This document shows positions 1 through 12,600 of a stretch of DNA of 64,000 nt, piece by piece. A program made the position numbers and the translations under genes. Each line of letters opens with the position of its first letter. Positions within the stretch are counted from its first letter, which is position 1. This DNA comes from Hormiphora californensis. Its lineage: Eukaryota; Animalia; Ctenophora. Location: positions 2,170,001 through 2,234,000 of the forward strand of contig CM035356.1 of assembly GCA_020137815.1 (NCBI GenBank), written 5' to 3'. The notes under the pieces were generated by a model. The model worked only from the letters and a program-made list of their open reading frames with translations. It was not told the DNA's origin and did no database searches.

Positions 1-263
1 TTAGCCTATCGCGTTATAGGTTTAAATCTCCTCCCCCTCACCCTCGGCTGCCGCCTCGGGATTTAAACCAGTTTAATCGCCCTGCCGGGCGATTAAACTC
101 CAGTTGGCTGTCCCCAGCTCGCGCTGGGAACAGCCAACTTCATAACGCGCCAGTCTACAAACGTTCATAGTTCATATGACTTATATTGTGATTTTTATGT
201 TTTTATCGTTTTGGAACTTCCAATAATAACTTTATAACTGATTAATAGCTAAACTACAACATT

Positions 264-3200
264 ATGACTTCCGAACAAAGATTCCAGGGATACAACCTCA
301 ACAGAAACAGCTCCAAGTAAGTAGCAGCACGTCCACTTTGCTAGTACAGTCGAACCCCGATTTAGTGGCACCCCGATTTAGTGGCAGGATTTTTTTCCAC
401 CGGAGATGCCACTAAATCGGAGTCCGACTGTAATACACACTGTTAAGTGTGACTAAACACCAACTATGAATTGACACATTGTGTTCCAAACATGATTCAG
501 AGCGCAGTCAAAAACTCTATTTGTTTGTATTTTCACTGCACATTTATGGTATATATATATTTGTTGTCCGTTATGAGTGTCCCTATATATCTACGCCACA
601 GTATACCCGGATCCCTCCTTCCCAATTTCCAGGAACGGTGTTTTCACCCCACACAACTTCTCCACCACCTTGAGCATGATCTGGGCGGTAATGCTGTCCA
701 TGGCCATGGGGAGGATCTTCCCCGCACCGTATTCATCATACATCTTCGGGCTCTTCATAAACTCATCCACCCTCGCACTATTATCCGTCACATGTTGCAC
801 CACAGTTGGAGCTAGTGCACTGATAAACTCGTCAGAACACAACACCTTATCGGCTGAATTTGCAACTTCGTCCAGTCCTTCGTAGCTTGTCAAGAACTCA
901 TCCTGTATCCTGCCCAATTCAGTATCCTGAAAGGGCTTCACGATCTCCTCTGAATCAATGCAAAACTTACGGTTTAGGAAGTCGTATGATGTGTAGCAGA
1001 GGTCGAGATTGCACTGGGCAGTCTCTATTGCCGGAGGGAAGATGGCCCGATTGTGTGTGTTGACATACCCCACAAAATAGGTATCAGGAGTGATTGCGTA
1101 CTCGGTGTGTTTGAAGTAGGCAACAGCCGCTCCAGAATTGTGAATTTTCTCCAGCGTAGCATCAAAATAACCCCACATCTCATTGTTCTGGAGGCCCCCT
1201 TCTTCGTAGACAGGCCTCATGAAGGTGTCTGTTCTGGGATCGAAGTTTCCATCATGTTCATACACATACCCACCGTTCTCCCACAGATTATCCATGATCC
1301 GTTCCGCAACAAATGTCACCTTTTGCTTCTCCTTCTTCTTCTTCCTTTTCTTCTTTGCTCCCTCCACATCGGAAAACAGGATCAGGATAAGCAGAAGTAC
1401 GACCAAGTATCGCTTCATATCGCCCGGGTGATATAACAACTAACAGTGTGATAGAGTACTGCAGAAACGAAACAAATTTGAAGTGTTTCTAATTGAGAGT
1501 GGATGAGAGGGCGAGGGGAGGGGATTTTATCGTGCATTAGGTGGCATCATGTACGTAAATCTGATGGGCAAATGCAAACAAATGATGCGAAAGTGCCCCG
1601 GATCTTGTGTTGATAATTGTAGGGGTAGGTCAGATATATAAGATATAACAATGGTTCTCTGACGCACGTAGTAAGTACTAAGTTCTGTATATTGAGATCT
1701 ACATGTAAAAACCAAAATGAGCTGGTGGCATCATTGTAGGTCTGATAAGTTGATTGAGGGGCTCCGGGCCATGAGGTACAGGTTAGGGGTTCGTATGCAA
1801 TTCTATATCTCCGCTGAATAGCAAATGTTGGGAGAGAAAGATAGAGAGGCTCATTTGGGGACTAATTCGGGGCACTAATTCCATCACTAATTAGCACACA
1901 AATTCTTGTCGTCATCATTTTATTTCGTTGAGATCAAGATGGCTGACTCAGTATATTTCAAACGAACAACCTTACACGACCTTTGTTTAATTAGGGACAG
2001 TAAATGTACAAGAACAAAGGATTGAGAAAGCAACCAAATGCCATCCCAAATGTTCCTTATTCCCAGAATCCCCCCCCCCCCCCCCCCCCCCCCGAAACGA
2101 TGACAGCTAAATATCGCTGGATTGTAACTGATCAGTTATTAGAGTTGTGCCCTGGGAGAGTGTGAAATAAAGGGAGAGGCATAGGAAAACAGAAGAAGTT
2201 TATCATTTCGTTTGGTCCTGTCTTTCCTGTAACTCGTACATCCTGCTGGGTTAAAATGTTTTGTTTTTTTTTTCAAGTTGTTTTTCTCAAGTATAAAGTG
2301 TTCCATTGCAGTTATGTGTCATTTCAGTTTCAAGACTTGCACACCACGGTGTAGTAAATATTAAATCACTAGTAACTAGTGTCTAGTGGTGTCCACAGCT
2401 ATAGTGGTTAATTTCTTAGATTTTAGGCATTTATTGCAGTTGTCTTGTCCCCAGTGTCCCGATCTCTGGAATATGAAGGAAAGATAAATGCAAAAATTCT
2501 GCAGCAAAACAAAATCCTTGCAGCAAAATGAAAAAATATTGGGGACTGCAGCAGCTGCTGCTGCAGCAGCAGAAGATATTTCCCATACTTACACACAGAG
2601 ATACAGCAGTGCTGCAGTGTTAACAGTGTGTAACACAGAGATAGAATATGTTGGGGCATGCCCCAGTTGTGCGTAATGCACCGACAACAGTCGAGTAAGG
2701 GGGAGGGGGAAAGAAAAGAGAGATTCATACTTTAACAAAGATCTCTTTTTTCCCCATAGCTTTACAAAGGGGTGAGATCGTTATAGTCACTGTTGCAGTA
2801 CCTGAGTGGAATTTTCTCGGAATTTTCCATCTCTGCAGTCGCTGCAGCACTGCAGCAGGGAAGGGGAAGAAAAGAGAGATTCATACTTTAACATAGCTCT
2901 CTTTTTTCCCCATAGCTTTACAAAGGGGTGAGATCGTTATAGTCACTGTTGCAGTTCCTGAGTGGAATATTCCAAGACATTTCCACTGCTGCAGCAGCAC
3001 TGCAGCAGGCACTGAAGAGATGGAATATTCCAAGGAATTTCCACTACTGCAACGCACTGCAGCAGGCACTGCAAAGATGGAATATTCCAAGGAATATTCC
3101 AACCTTATAGGGACTGCAGTAGGGAAATATTCCAATGTTAGGGGTACTGGGACTGCCGGGGTATTTTAGGACGGCAAAATCCCTATCCATGACTGCAGCA

Positions 3201-3598
3201 AATAGTAAAATTCCTGCAGCAAAACGAGCTCCCAAAATGAAAATTCCAGGCGTGAAAAAAAAATCGGGACACCGGGGTCTTGTCATTTTACTTTATCCGT
3301 TACACACACACACACGCTTGACGTCTCCTGTCACCACCATTACTCCAGCTCTAGTACCTGCAGCGTGTGTTGAAATCTCGACATGAGGTGGGTACAAACA
3401 TCAAGCACATTGTTTAACATCATGTTATGTCTTCATGTTATGTCTTGTAATTTTCTGACATGCCCCCGTCACTCGTCAGAACCAGTAATATTACTCCATG
3501 TAATCTTTCTATTATTTTACATTTTCTCTCAAGCCCTTTCTTTCTCTACATAATATTACTACTAACGTTTATGTATAGCGCTTATTCAGTGTAGCAAG

Positions 3599-3667
<69 letters not shown>

Positions 3668-4927
3668 TCTCTCTCTCTCTCGTTCTCACTATCCCTAGCT
3701 CTCCCTCTTTCAGCTCATTTGCAAATACATTTTCGTCTGTATGTCTGACCACAAACACTATCACGTGCAGACAGAAGACTCTCCCTTTTCCCAGCTCCCC
3801 TCCATAATCAGAGGAGAGATCTGATAGCAGAATCATAATTTTGAAAAGTGATCGTGTTCATTATCCGATATAATAAAGTTAACTGACACAAAAAGGAAAG
3901 TATTACAGAGTGTTGATGAGAGAGAAGTGTAACTTCTTTGTGATTCTTCTGGACAAGTTTATTTGCATAATGTTACAGCATTTGTCTGTCTGTTCGTGTG
4001 GTAGCCACATGAGAGATGGAAAGTGTGTAGAAGGGAAACAAAGAGATTAGAGTAGTAAGAGAAAGGGATTAGAAAAAAAGGGAGAGGAGATGGAGAGAAA
4101 GAAAGAGAAAGTTAAAAACTATGGGAAATGGACCGCACATTCATGCTCACTACTCAGCAGTAATAATATTCAACCTAGCCCAGGTCTTCACTAACCCGTC
4201 TCTGTTTTCCAATACTCTTTTAATTCCATATAATCTTTAACTTTGGGCTAAGTGCCAATAGACTTCACCAGTTAATGCACTCGTCCATTAAATCACTTCT
4301 CTATCCCTCCATTCCCCTGCTACCTGAGAATCGTGTTCTGATCTGATGTTCTGACCTCAGTGTGCCACTTTGTGTGCCACCTTTGTCCCACTCTCCGACC
4401 GACAGTAACGCGCGACCGACATTCTCCTATCCGTTCCCCGCTTGTTAGACTCTTAACGCGCGCTAATCTGCCGCTCTTTTTCAGAGTCATGGCTCCGCCC
4501 GGTGGCAAGACCTCAATCAGCTTTGGAGGATATGAGGAACCAGCACCCCCCAAGAGACAACAGGCCCCCGCTGCAGCGGCTGCTCCTTCTTCCCCTGCTA
4601 AGGCTGCCATGGCCGCTCCCGGAGGATCCCCTATTGCTGCCGGAGCTCGAGTTGTTCAGGTGAGTTACTATGGTTACCTTGGTCATGGTTATGGTGACCG
4701 TTATTTGTGGTTACTATGGCAACTGTGACCGTTAGCTGTATACACCCGAGCAATAACACACTATTCCCTCCTCCCAGGTTGACCGATTTGAGAAGGAACA
4801 TCAAGTTTCCAACTGCCAGAAAAGCCGCAACCAATCTAACGTGTTTGGTGCCCCCGAGGACAACAAAAGACCTGTTGTAAAACGACACAACCCACCCGGC
4901 GGTGCCTCATCCATCACTTTCGGATAA
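264..4927 (+). CDS. Jupiter/HN1 (JPT)-family microtubule-associated protein, 3 exons (264-316, 4485-4659, 4778-4927)
   Basis: GT-AG joins are in frame and give MTSEQRFQGYNLNRNSSK|VMAPPGGKTSISFGG...VQ|VDRF...RNQSNVFG...RHNPPGGASSITFG*. The N-terminal RNSS-V-x-PPGG motif and the C-terminal PPGGxSSIxFG motif are hallmarks of Jupiter/HN1. Confidence 0.88.
345..432. mobile_element. Short TA-flanked MITE (CAGTCG..CGACTG termini, internal CCCGATTTAGTGG repeats), Tc1/mariner-like
   Basis: ta|cagtcgaaccccgatttagtgg ... ccactaaatcggagtccgactg|ta. Same family at 37774-37949 and 62308-62482. Confidence 0.75.
591..1418 (-). CDS. Intronless secreted protein of unknown function (~275 aa), nested antisense in Jupiter intron 1
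   Basis: Long clean ORF. ATG at 1418 gives a MKRYLVVLLLILILFSDVEGA signal-peptide-like start, then a polybasic KKKRKKKKEK stretch and a globular-looking region with several Cys. No family recognised. Confidence 0.7.
   Translation of the reverse strand: MKRYLVVLLLILILFSDVEGAKKKRKKKKEKQKVTFVAERIMDNLWENGGYVYEHDGNFDPRTDTFMRPVYEEGGLQNNEMWGYFDATLEKIHNSGAAVAYFKHTEYAITPDTYFVGYVNTHNRAIFPPAIETAQCNLDLCYTSYDFLNRKFCIDSEEIVKPFQDTELGRIQDEFLTSYEGLDEVANSADKVLCSDEFISALAPTVVQHVTDNSARVDEFMKSPKMYDEYGAGKILPMAMDSITAQIMLKVVEKLCGVKTPFLEIGKEGSGYTVA
2440..3285. repeat. Repeat-rich element with CTGCAG/GGAATATTCC subrepeats, a ~110-bp internal duplication and terminal inverted similarity
   Basis: ccccagtgtcccgat near 2448 versus atcgggacaccgggg near 3263. 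The segment ~2700-2820 is duplicated at ~2860-2975. Confidence 0.5.
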
Positions 4928-5367
4928 TTCCAATATCCTCTCTCTCAGATTGAGTGGTAGAGAGATATACGGACATTTTAACTGTGAGCTTCATGGTTAC
5001 GTCTCTTTCATCTCTCGGACCCTCATACCAGTATTTTCTGACACTCATAGTAATCTAGCGGTTGTGCAGTCTTTTAGTTTTTCTCTTTTTTTTGAACCCA
5101 CTGTGTGTTATTTTGGCTGCCTTTTCTGTACATCTTTTCTCGGGCTATTACTGAGTACTCCCCCTTTTGCCCTTACTGGCACTCTCTCGCAACTCAGAGA
5201 GTGGGGCTCTAGTAAAAAGCATGTGTTGGTGTGAAAAATAAAATTATTATTAGTTTAACTTTAATAATAAATTGAGTTTTGATTGTGTAATCCAACACCT
5301 CTGCCCCTCAACATACTATTGTCTACTCCAATACTAAACCTACCGTTCACCCCTTTGTAGCCACACT

Positions 5368-6480
5368 ATGACAGAACAACACGGTACTAAATGGATGTAC
5401 ACGGGGACCAATAAGCCAGATCCGGAGCAATATCTCCTGGGACGGAAGATAGATGATGCAGTGGACCCCACAGCCGACACTAGTGACGCCCTAGATCGGA
5501 TAGGCGGTGGGCCAACTAATTTAGAGGACAGAGCAGAGGTGTTCAGGACTATGGATGCGTTCGCCAAGGCCCGAGAAGATCCCATGTTCCAGATTGAGAA
5601 ACAGAGGCGAAACGCGGCTACTGATTTTCGAAATAACCCCTTGAAGATGCAGAAAGTGAGGGAACTTCTGCAGAAGGAACTGAAAAAAGATCTGAAGAAG
5701 AAGAAGAAGAAAAAGCGGAAGAGTGAAAGTGAGGAAGATGGAGAAGAGGAGAGGAGGAGGAGTAGGTCACCAAGAGGCAGTCAGCAGGAATCCACCAGAA
5801 GAGATAGATCGGAGAGAGAGGAACCGAGCGGGAAATCACGGAGATCTCCAGCAAGGAGAGATTCACCAAACAGACGGAGCCCCAGAAGACAGTCTCCCAG
5901 GAGAGATTCGCCTGGCAGAAGGAGATCAAGAGATCGATCCCCTCCCCGGAGACAAAGGTCTCCAAACCAGAATTCAGTTTCACGATCCGGAAAAGATCGA
6001 AGAAGAAATCGTTCGCCCTCGTCATCACCGCCAAGAAGAAAGAAGAGATCTCCTCACCCAAAAAGAGAAGATCTCCCTCCCCTAACAAGAGAAGGTCTCC
6101 CTCCCCTAAAAAACGGAAATCTCCCTCTCCAGCTCCTTCAAAACCAGCGCCCTACAAATCCTCCATCAAGCCCCGATACCCGGTGCCCCGGGGGAGGAAG
6201 CAACATCAGTCGGAAGATGACTGCAGAGGAAATGGAAGCTAAGAGGAGGGAAATGATGACAGATGCTAGTTCCAGGGACAATGTGAGGAAGGAGAAGTTT
6301 GGGAGGAAGGTGGACACTGAAGTGAGTGATATGGTGGAGAATGAGGAGGGCAAGGCTGCATTTTTGGAAAAGTTTAAACGGGATAGTTATAGTGGAATTA
6401 GTATAGAGGACAAGATTAAGAGTGGTATTTTTAGTAAACCACGGACAAAAGCTGATCTTAATACCTTTTTAAAGAAGTGA
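5368..6480 (+). CDS. CWC25: Pre-mRNA splicing factor CWC25 homolog (C-terminal exon; N-terminal Cir_N segment not found in window)
   Basis: Motifs KWMY...EQYLLGRKID and AKAREDPMFQIEKQ...NNPLKM, an RS/SP-rich middle region and KMTAEEMEAKRREMM. Splice acceptor tttgtag ends at 5360. Confidence 0.85.
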   Translation: MTEQHGTKWMYTGTNKPDPEQYLLGRKIDDAVDPTADTSDALDRIGGGPTNLEDRAEVFRTMDAFAKAREDPMFQIEKQRRNAATDFRNNPLKMQKVRELLQKELKKDLKKKKKKKRKSESEEDGEEERRRSRSPRGSQQESTRRDRSEREEPSGKSRRSPARRDSPNRRSPRRQSPRRDSPGRRRSRDRSPPRRQRSPNQNSVSRSGKDRRRNRSPSSSPPRRKKRSPHPKREDLPPLTREGLPPLKNGNLPLQLLQNQRPTNPPSSPDTRCPGGGSNISRKMTAEEMEAKRREMMTDASSRDNVRKEKFGRKVDTEVSDMVENEEGKAAFLEKFKRDSYSGISIEDKIKSGIFSKPRTKADLNTFLKK

Positions 6481-7293
6481 AGAAGAGTTGTCACTGTTTT
6501 TTGTTGTTGTCGGGGTATCAGGGTGGTGATCCTGAGCTGATCCAACGATTTAATTTTATGAGGTGGGATGGTTTTCTTATTTTACATTGTTTTCTGGATG
6601 TAAAATTTAGTAGACGGAGGTCATTGCGAGTGAAGCTGACCATTATTTATACCCACCGTTTATTTTCGTTCACGTGAGAGGGTAAATTAAAGTTGTTAAC
6701 TGTTAATTATCATTTAGTTAAACCATGATGAACTGTGTGAGTGTGATTTTAGTTATTTAGCACCTAGCCTCAGCCCAAACCCCACTCCCCCTTTAAACCA
6801 TATATATAAGGGGTGGCACCCCCCCCCCTCAGTGGCACTGTGTATATATACAGTGTGCCACCCCCTTCAATATAAGTACACACCCCTGGCTGAGAAGAGG
6901 GTGGTGGTTGGGTGAGGGGTTGTGTGATGAAGGAAAAAGTCCATCCATCAAAGGGAGGAAAGAGATGGAGAAAGATGGATCTCTGGGGAGAGATTTGGGA
7001 ATGGGGGAAGTGGAAATGAGAAGATGTGAGTGAGTGAGAGAAACATGATAGAGAAAGGAGTGAGAGAGAGAGGGGAGAATGAACGCAGTGAGGGCAAAAT
7101 GAAAGGGGGCCAATGGACAAAAATTTCCCCCTCCCCCCCTTTTTTCACCTCTTTTTCCCCTCCTTCTCCCCTCCCTCCTTCTCTCCCTCCTCCCTCTCTT
7201 CTCTCCCCTTTCTCCCTACTCTCCTCTCTCTCCCCTCGTCCCCCCCTCTTTCTCTCTCCCCCTCCCCTCTCTCTCTCACTCTCTCGTCTCTCC

Positions 7294-7371
<78 letters not shown>

Positions 7372-8987
7372 CTCAGCAGCTCCCCGCGGGAGTTTAATCA
7401 CCTCCAACACAGCCTTTCAAATTTGAGCAGCTCATCTCTCGTTGGAGTTGTGTCTAGGCCGTGTTCTCTGATTAACTTTCGTTTTAACCCATTTGGTGGA
7501 GAATGGGAGACCCCCCTCCCCCATTAGATAGATATGTTATCTTGCGTACCCCGGGAAAAAATTGTATCATATACCTGGGCTGGGATAGCTTTTTTGATAA
7601 TCGAGAGTATATACCCTATAGGTATATAACCTATAGGTTTGTTTGGAACATTAACTGCGAAGCTCTCAGTGTAGTGGCACGTTACGTAACATTTAATTGG
7701 TTTATTGATGTAAAAATTAATTGTCGAGCCAATTGTCGACTCTTCTACGGTATAATACCACAGCTGCAGACGCAAATCAGAATCACAGAGACCGAGAGAT
7801 AGAGACAGATAGAGATAGAGATAGAGACAGAGAGAATTTTTATACGCACACACTAAAAGTGATCTGTTATCTTTAGACTGTTTTGCAAAACCACAAACTT
7901 GGTAGTTACTACTACCCGTCAGAACAACTTACCTGCTAATTGCAGTGTTTTCTGGTGTTTGTTGTTTGGTCTAGTGAAGCCACAGTTTAAGATTTTATGC
8001 AAGGATGTCATCCTTCTAGCACCCTTCAGACAGCTGCAAGTTGCAGTGCAACAATTGAATTTGATAATGGTTCTATAAGCAAGGGGCGTGTCTCGTATAG
8101 CAAGGGCCCCTTCACTCAGTGCGTGTCAAATTGATCTATGGATAGGGAGCAACCTTGTAACTACCTAACTTGAGAATCGTTCTTTCTTCCTTTCTTTGGA
8201 TTTGGAAAGGCATGTGTCTACAAATGTGTAGTACTATTTTATCCTATTGATCTCGGAGTATATAGATCTGCAAACTTTTTCTCACACTCATTAGCAGTTT
8301 AACTTTACTTTTTGAATCTCTCTTTGTCTATCTATCTTCCTCTCTCTCTCCAAACCTATCTTGGTAGCTGTTGTCTCCCTCCATCGCTCTCCCTTTTTCT
8401 ATATCGTTTCCTTTTTGGACGGGTCATGCAGCAACAGTGCAGTGGAGAGAGAGAGAGGGGGGAGAGAGAGAGATAGAGAGAGATCATCGCTACCAATGTA
8501 GGATATCTTTGGCTGCACTGCATGGGAACGTAGTTTTGTGTCTGTGTTTTTCCTGCAAAACACATCTATTTTCTGTCTGGCGGCGACCAGATTTCAGTCA
8601 GGCGGTTTTTTTTGGATAAAAGATTTCCTTGGTGTCTGTTGAGTGGTGGTATTATTACAATGAACTAGAAAATAGGGCGTCTGTGGTTTTTATTGCTACA
8701 GGGTTGAGTCATAGCGTGTGCGTTCAGTTAACTGTTCACATTTCCACTTAATTAACGAAACCTTTCACATTTAATGAAACAAACTGGTTACGTTAGTATG
8801 ACGTTTTGTTTGGGGAACGTTTTGTTTATATATCAGGTCTTATCAACATGTTATCTTGTTGTATATTTTGAGAAAGCAAAAGCCCTCAGATCGTGTCAGA
8901 GACCTTTTTCCCAATGCTTCTGTGACTCTGACAAATCACCCATTGGTTGCAGCAGCAGCTTGCTCCGTCTAATCAATATCAATGCGG

Positions 8988-9021
<34 letters not shown>

Positions 9022-9932
9022 TTTGTTGATGTTGATGTGTGTGGGCTGATGAATGAGGGACAAAGAGTAGAGAAGGAGAGTGTTGGCATGACTGAGGGAG
9101 AAACAGAGAGAGAGAGAGGGGGTGGAAATGGGGAGAAAGATGAGAGAGAGAATGCTGAGAAAGACACTGATAGAAGCTGAGGAGTTAGGAGAAAATAAGA
9201 AACCGAGCGAGGTCTCTAGGAATTAATTAATCAGCTCCCAATCCTAAAACAACTTGAGAAATGAGAAAGAATTGAATGACTGATTGAAAATGATGGATTG
9301 AAAATAAATATCTCCCTCTCTTTCTTTATCTCTCGCACATTGCTCTTCCTCTCTCCCTACATTTTTATTAGAAATTGGCCAGGAAATCATTACGAGATGG
9401 ATTTACGCATGCAGCAGTTCGGCTGCTGAGAGAGAGCAGCGCTTCTTGATCACAATAGGTTTCCCTTTTCCTGGATCGCTTTGTTAGATCACTCTTTATA
9501 AACCGTGTAGTTTAGGTTGGCTCAAATCTCTGTCTAGTGTCTAACCTGCTTGATCGTATTCGTACCAAATTACTCAATGCCTTACCCAAACCCAGCTGTC
9601 TATTGTCTGACCTGCTCCTCATCGATAGATTGATATTCGTTGATAATACAGTGAACTTCCTGTCAGAGCATTGGCCTGACCCTATTCTCATTTCTTTCAA
9701 ATAAGGAGCTCGCGAGAACTGTACGTCAGAGCATTGGCCTGAAGGTACAGTCCTATACTAGAACTTCTACTATACTGCAGCACGACATTTAGATGTACTA
9801 AAGTCTAAAGAATACATGGCCAACAATAACCTATGCGACATGGCATATAATGTAAAATGCTACCTTTTATTCGTGATATCTGCTAGCATAAAGGTGTGTC
9901 AGTCGACATGTGCAAGACGCTTGTCGAACTCC

Positions 9933-10041
<109 letters not shown>

Positions 10042-12454
10042 CCCTGTCTGCTAAAGAGCACCCATTAGCGTCAATTGACCATGATCTACTCCTCCTTCGG
10101 ACAGCTACAATGAGCATTTGTGTTGAGAGCTATGTGCTACACTTTAGCTCCTTTAGACTTGCACGTGCAGCTCCTTTAGATAAGGACTTGCACGTGCAGT
10201 TTCTGTTTAGTTCCAGGCGGTATAAACAGATCTGCGTGTTTGAATGGCAGATGAGACGAGTGTTTGAATGCTTATGCCACATATATTTTGAGTTAGAATT
10301 TGGTTTTGATATCTCCCTGGCTGCATCAATTAGCTAATGTGTTCTTGACTCATGATCTATATTACACTTACCATTTCCAGCTAAACATACATTTCTCAGC
10401 CGTCTTATTAATTGATTTCGTCAAGTTAGATAGAGATATTCAGTTTTTGGAAATTTCATAAATTATGTGGTCACTTAGAGATCGAGATTCGAGTCTCATG
10501 TACTATGCCACTTCGCGTAGTTAAATAGCTCGCCTCTTAAATAGTGGTCATGGGTATAATATGACTCTAGCTTTTGCGTCTGAATAGATTGAGTAAGAGG
10601 GAGAGAGAAGTAGAGAGCTAAGTGAGTGAGAGAGATAGAGATAGAGAGAGAAAGAGATAGAAAGTCGTAGATAACGATTTCCGTGTTTTATATGTACGCT
10701 CATGAACTAAGTAGAGTTAAGGAATAGGATGTCTTACTTTCTCTCCTTCCTCTTTTTCTCTTCTAAATTGGACTTAAATCACTCGACCGCGCCTCCTCTA
10801 CATCTTTTTTTTCAATTGCCACAAAACCGAAAAAAGGCTATTTCGGTCCAAAATAGGCCACCGCATTTTACACAACACCTTTCTAAAAAGTGATTGCTTT
10901 TTCATGTCGTTTTTCATGCCCACGGTTCAGCAGACATAATAAATAATTACTTCGATTCAAAGTTCGAATTAAAGGCCCTATAAAATTAACTTTTCCTTTT
11001 CTAAACTTACAGTAACAATTACCCGGGGCATTTTATCCCCATATATTGCACTTTCCTTTCCGTCTGCTGTGGTGGTGTCTGCAGCAGTAGGCTGGGGTAA
11101 GAAACATTAAATAGTTCACTGTTGGTGAGAAACCTTAGAAGTGAGAGAGTTGCTTTCATTTCACCACAATACACACCTCATATTGCTTGTGTGTTGTAGG
11201 AACCCGCGGGGTTATAATGTTACTTGCTTGTTGTGCATTCGAGAGATAGAGAGAGAGATCTGAGAGAGTCAGGAACCCGTCAGGAAGAACTGATGAGAGA
11301 GGAAATAGTACTCCGAATACTTGACATGTATTTTAGTTTGAGTGTGTCATTCACTACTTATTCAATTCCGGTCGTGTGCAGTACCGCGGCACACGTTTAG
11401 CATTTTCACATTTTTCTCTCCCGGTCTATTTTATCTATCGATCCCTCTGATCTTTCCCTCTCCCACTATAGTCATAGTGGACTCTCCCTCTTTTTCTCTC
11501 CCCCCTCTTTCTCTCCCTCCCTCTTTCTCTCTCTCCCACTCTCTCTCCCCCATCTCGCTCTTTCTCTATCTCTCTATCTGTATCCCTCTCTCGTGGTTTA
11601 TAGCAATGAACGTGTGGTGAAACACGTGCAATCTCTAGTATGATGATTGCCTAGTATTCATTCATCATTGTTCTTTCTGTCGAACTTCACAGCCGCTTTG
11701 TCGACCTCAATTTTAAATACTCCATCTTGTTATTGGTCTACTTTCTCGAACTCTCTTTAGCCATTCGACGCTGCATTATTTGCAACGAACATATATTTCA
11801 CTCCAATTAGATCTAGGTTAAGATCATAAAACTCCAATATATACCAGTATTATATTCTGCGGATCCTATAATATATTCGCCGTATATGTCCACAGTTGTT
11901 ATGAGCATTTCTCGGGTAATATAATCTTGCCGATATGTGCTGAGTACTCAACAATTCGAATATATGAGAGAGATGAGCAATTTTGTCAAGTGGGTTTCCA
12001 TGTTATCAGCTGTATAGATCGTGACACTGTGTCAGAGTTTACTGTGATCACATGATGATTAGTAGAATACGCATGGTTCATTCATCAGTTGATCAGGCTA
12101 TAGATTCAGAAATATATAATTCTGAAGAACAGTGCAATTACTATCTTATATTCGGTGTTGATGTCTGGCGGAAGCTGTTGAATGTTTAACCAACTTCAAC
12201 TTCAAGCCTATTCTTTTAACCATTTTCTTTCCGCCATGATTTATATTATTTTGTGGGCCCATCCTCAATTGAGCTTATATATTAGCAGAATGTGGACCTT
12301 TTTGTTTTTGTTGTTAAAAGAAACTTTTTTATTGTTACTCCAAGTCCATCAGTCTACAATTATATGGTCAAACTTGTTGTTGATTGAGTCTTCATAGAAA
12401 AAGAGCGCACGCAAAAAGGTTATCAACTAGATTAAGAAAAATATCATCATCTCC

Positions 12455-12600
<146 letters not shown>

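Noticed and set aside
3383-3387. ATG AG|gtgggt as the first exon of Jupiter
   Set aside because: It is in phase with the 4485 acceptor, but the exon at 264-316 supplies the conserved RNSS motif and a better donor. At most a minor alternative.
5618-6353. Antisense and alternative-frame ORFs over CWC25
   Set aside because: Shadows of a purine-rich, low-complexity coding exon.
7400-7525. 41-aa minus-strand ORF (MGRGVSHSPP...RLCWR)
   Set aside because: Short, no motif, no flanking exons identified.
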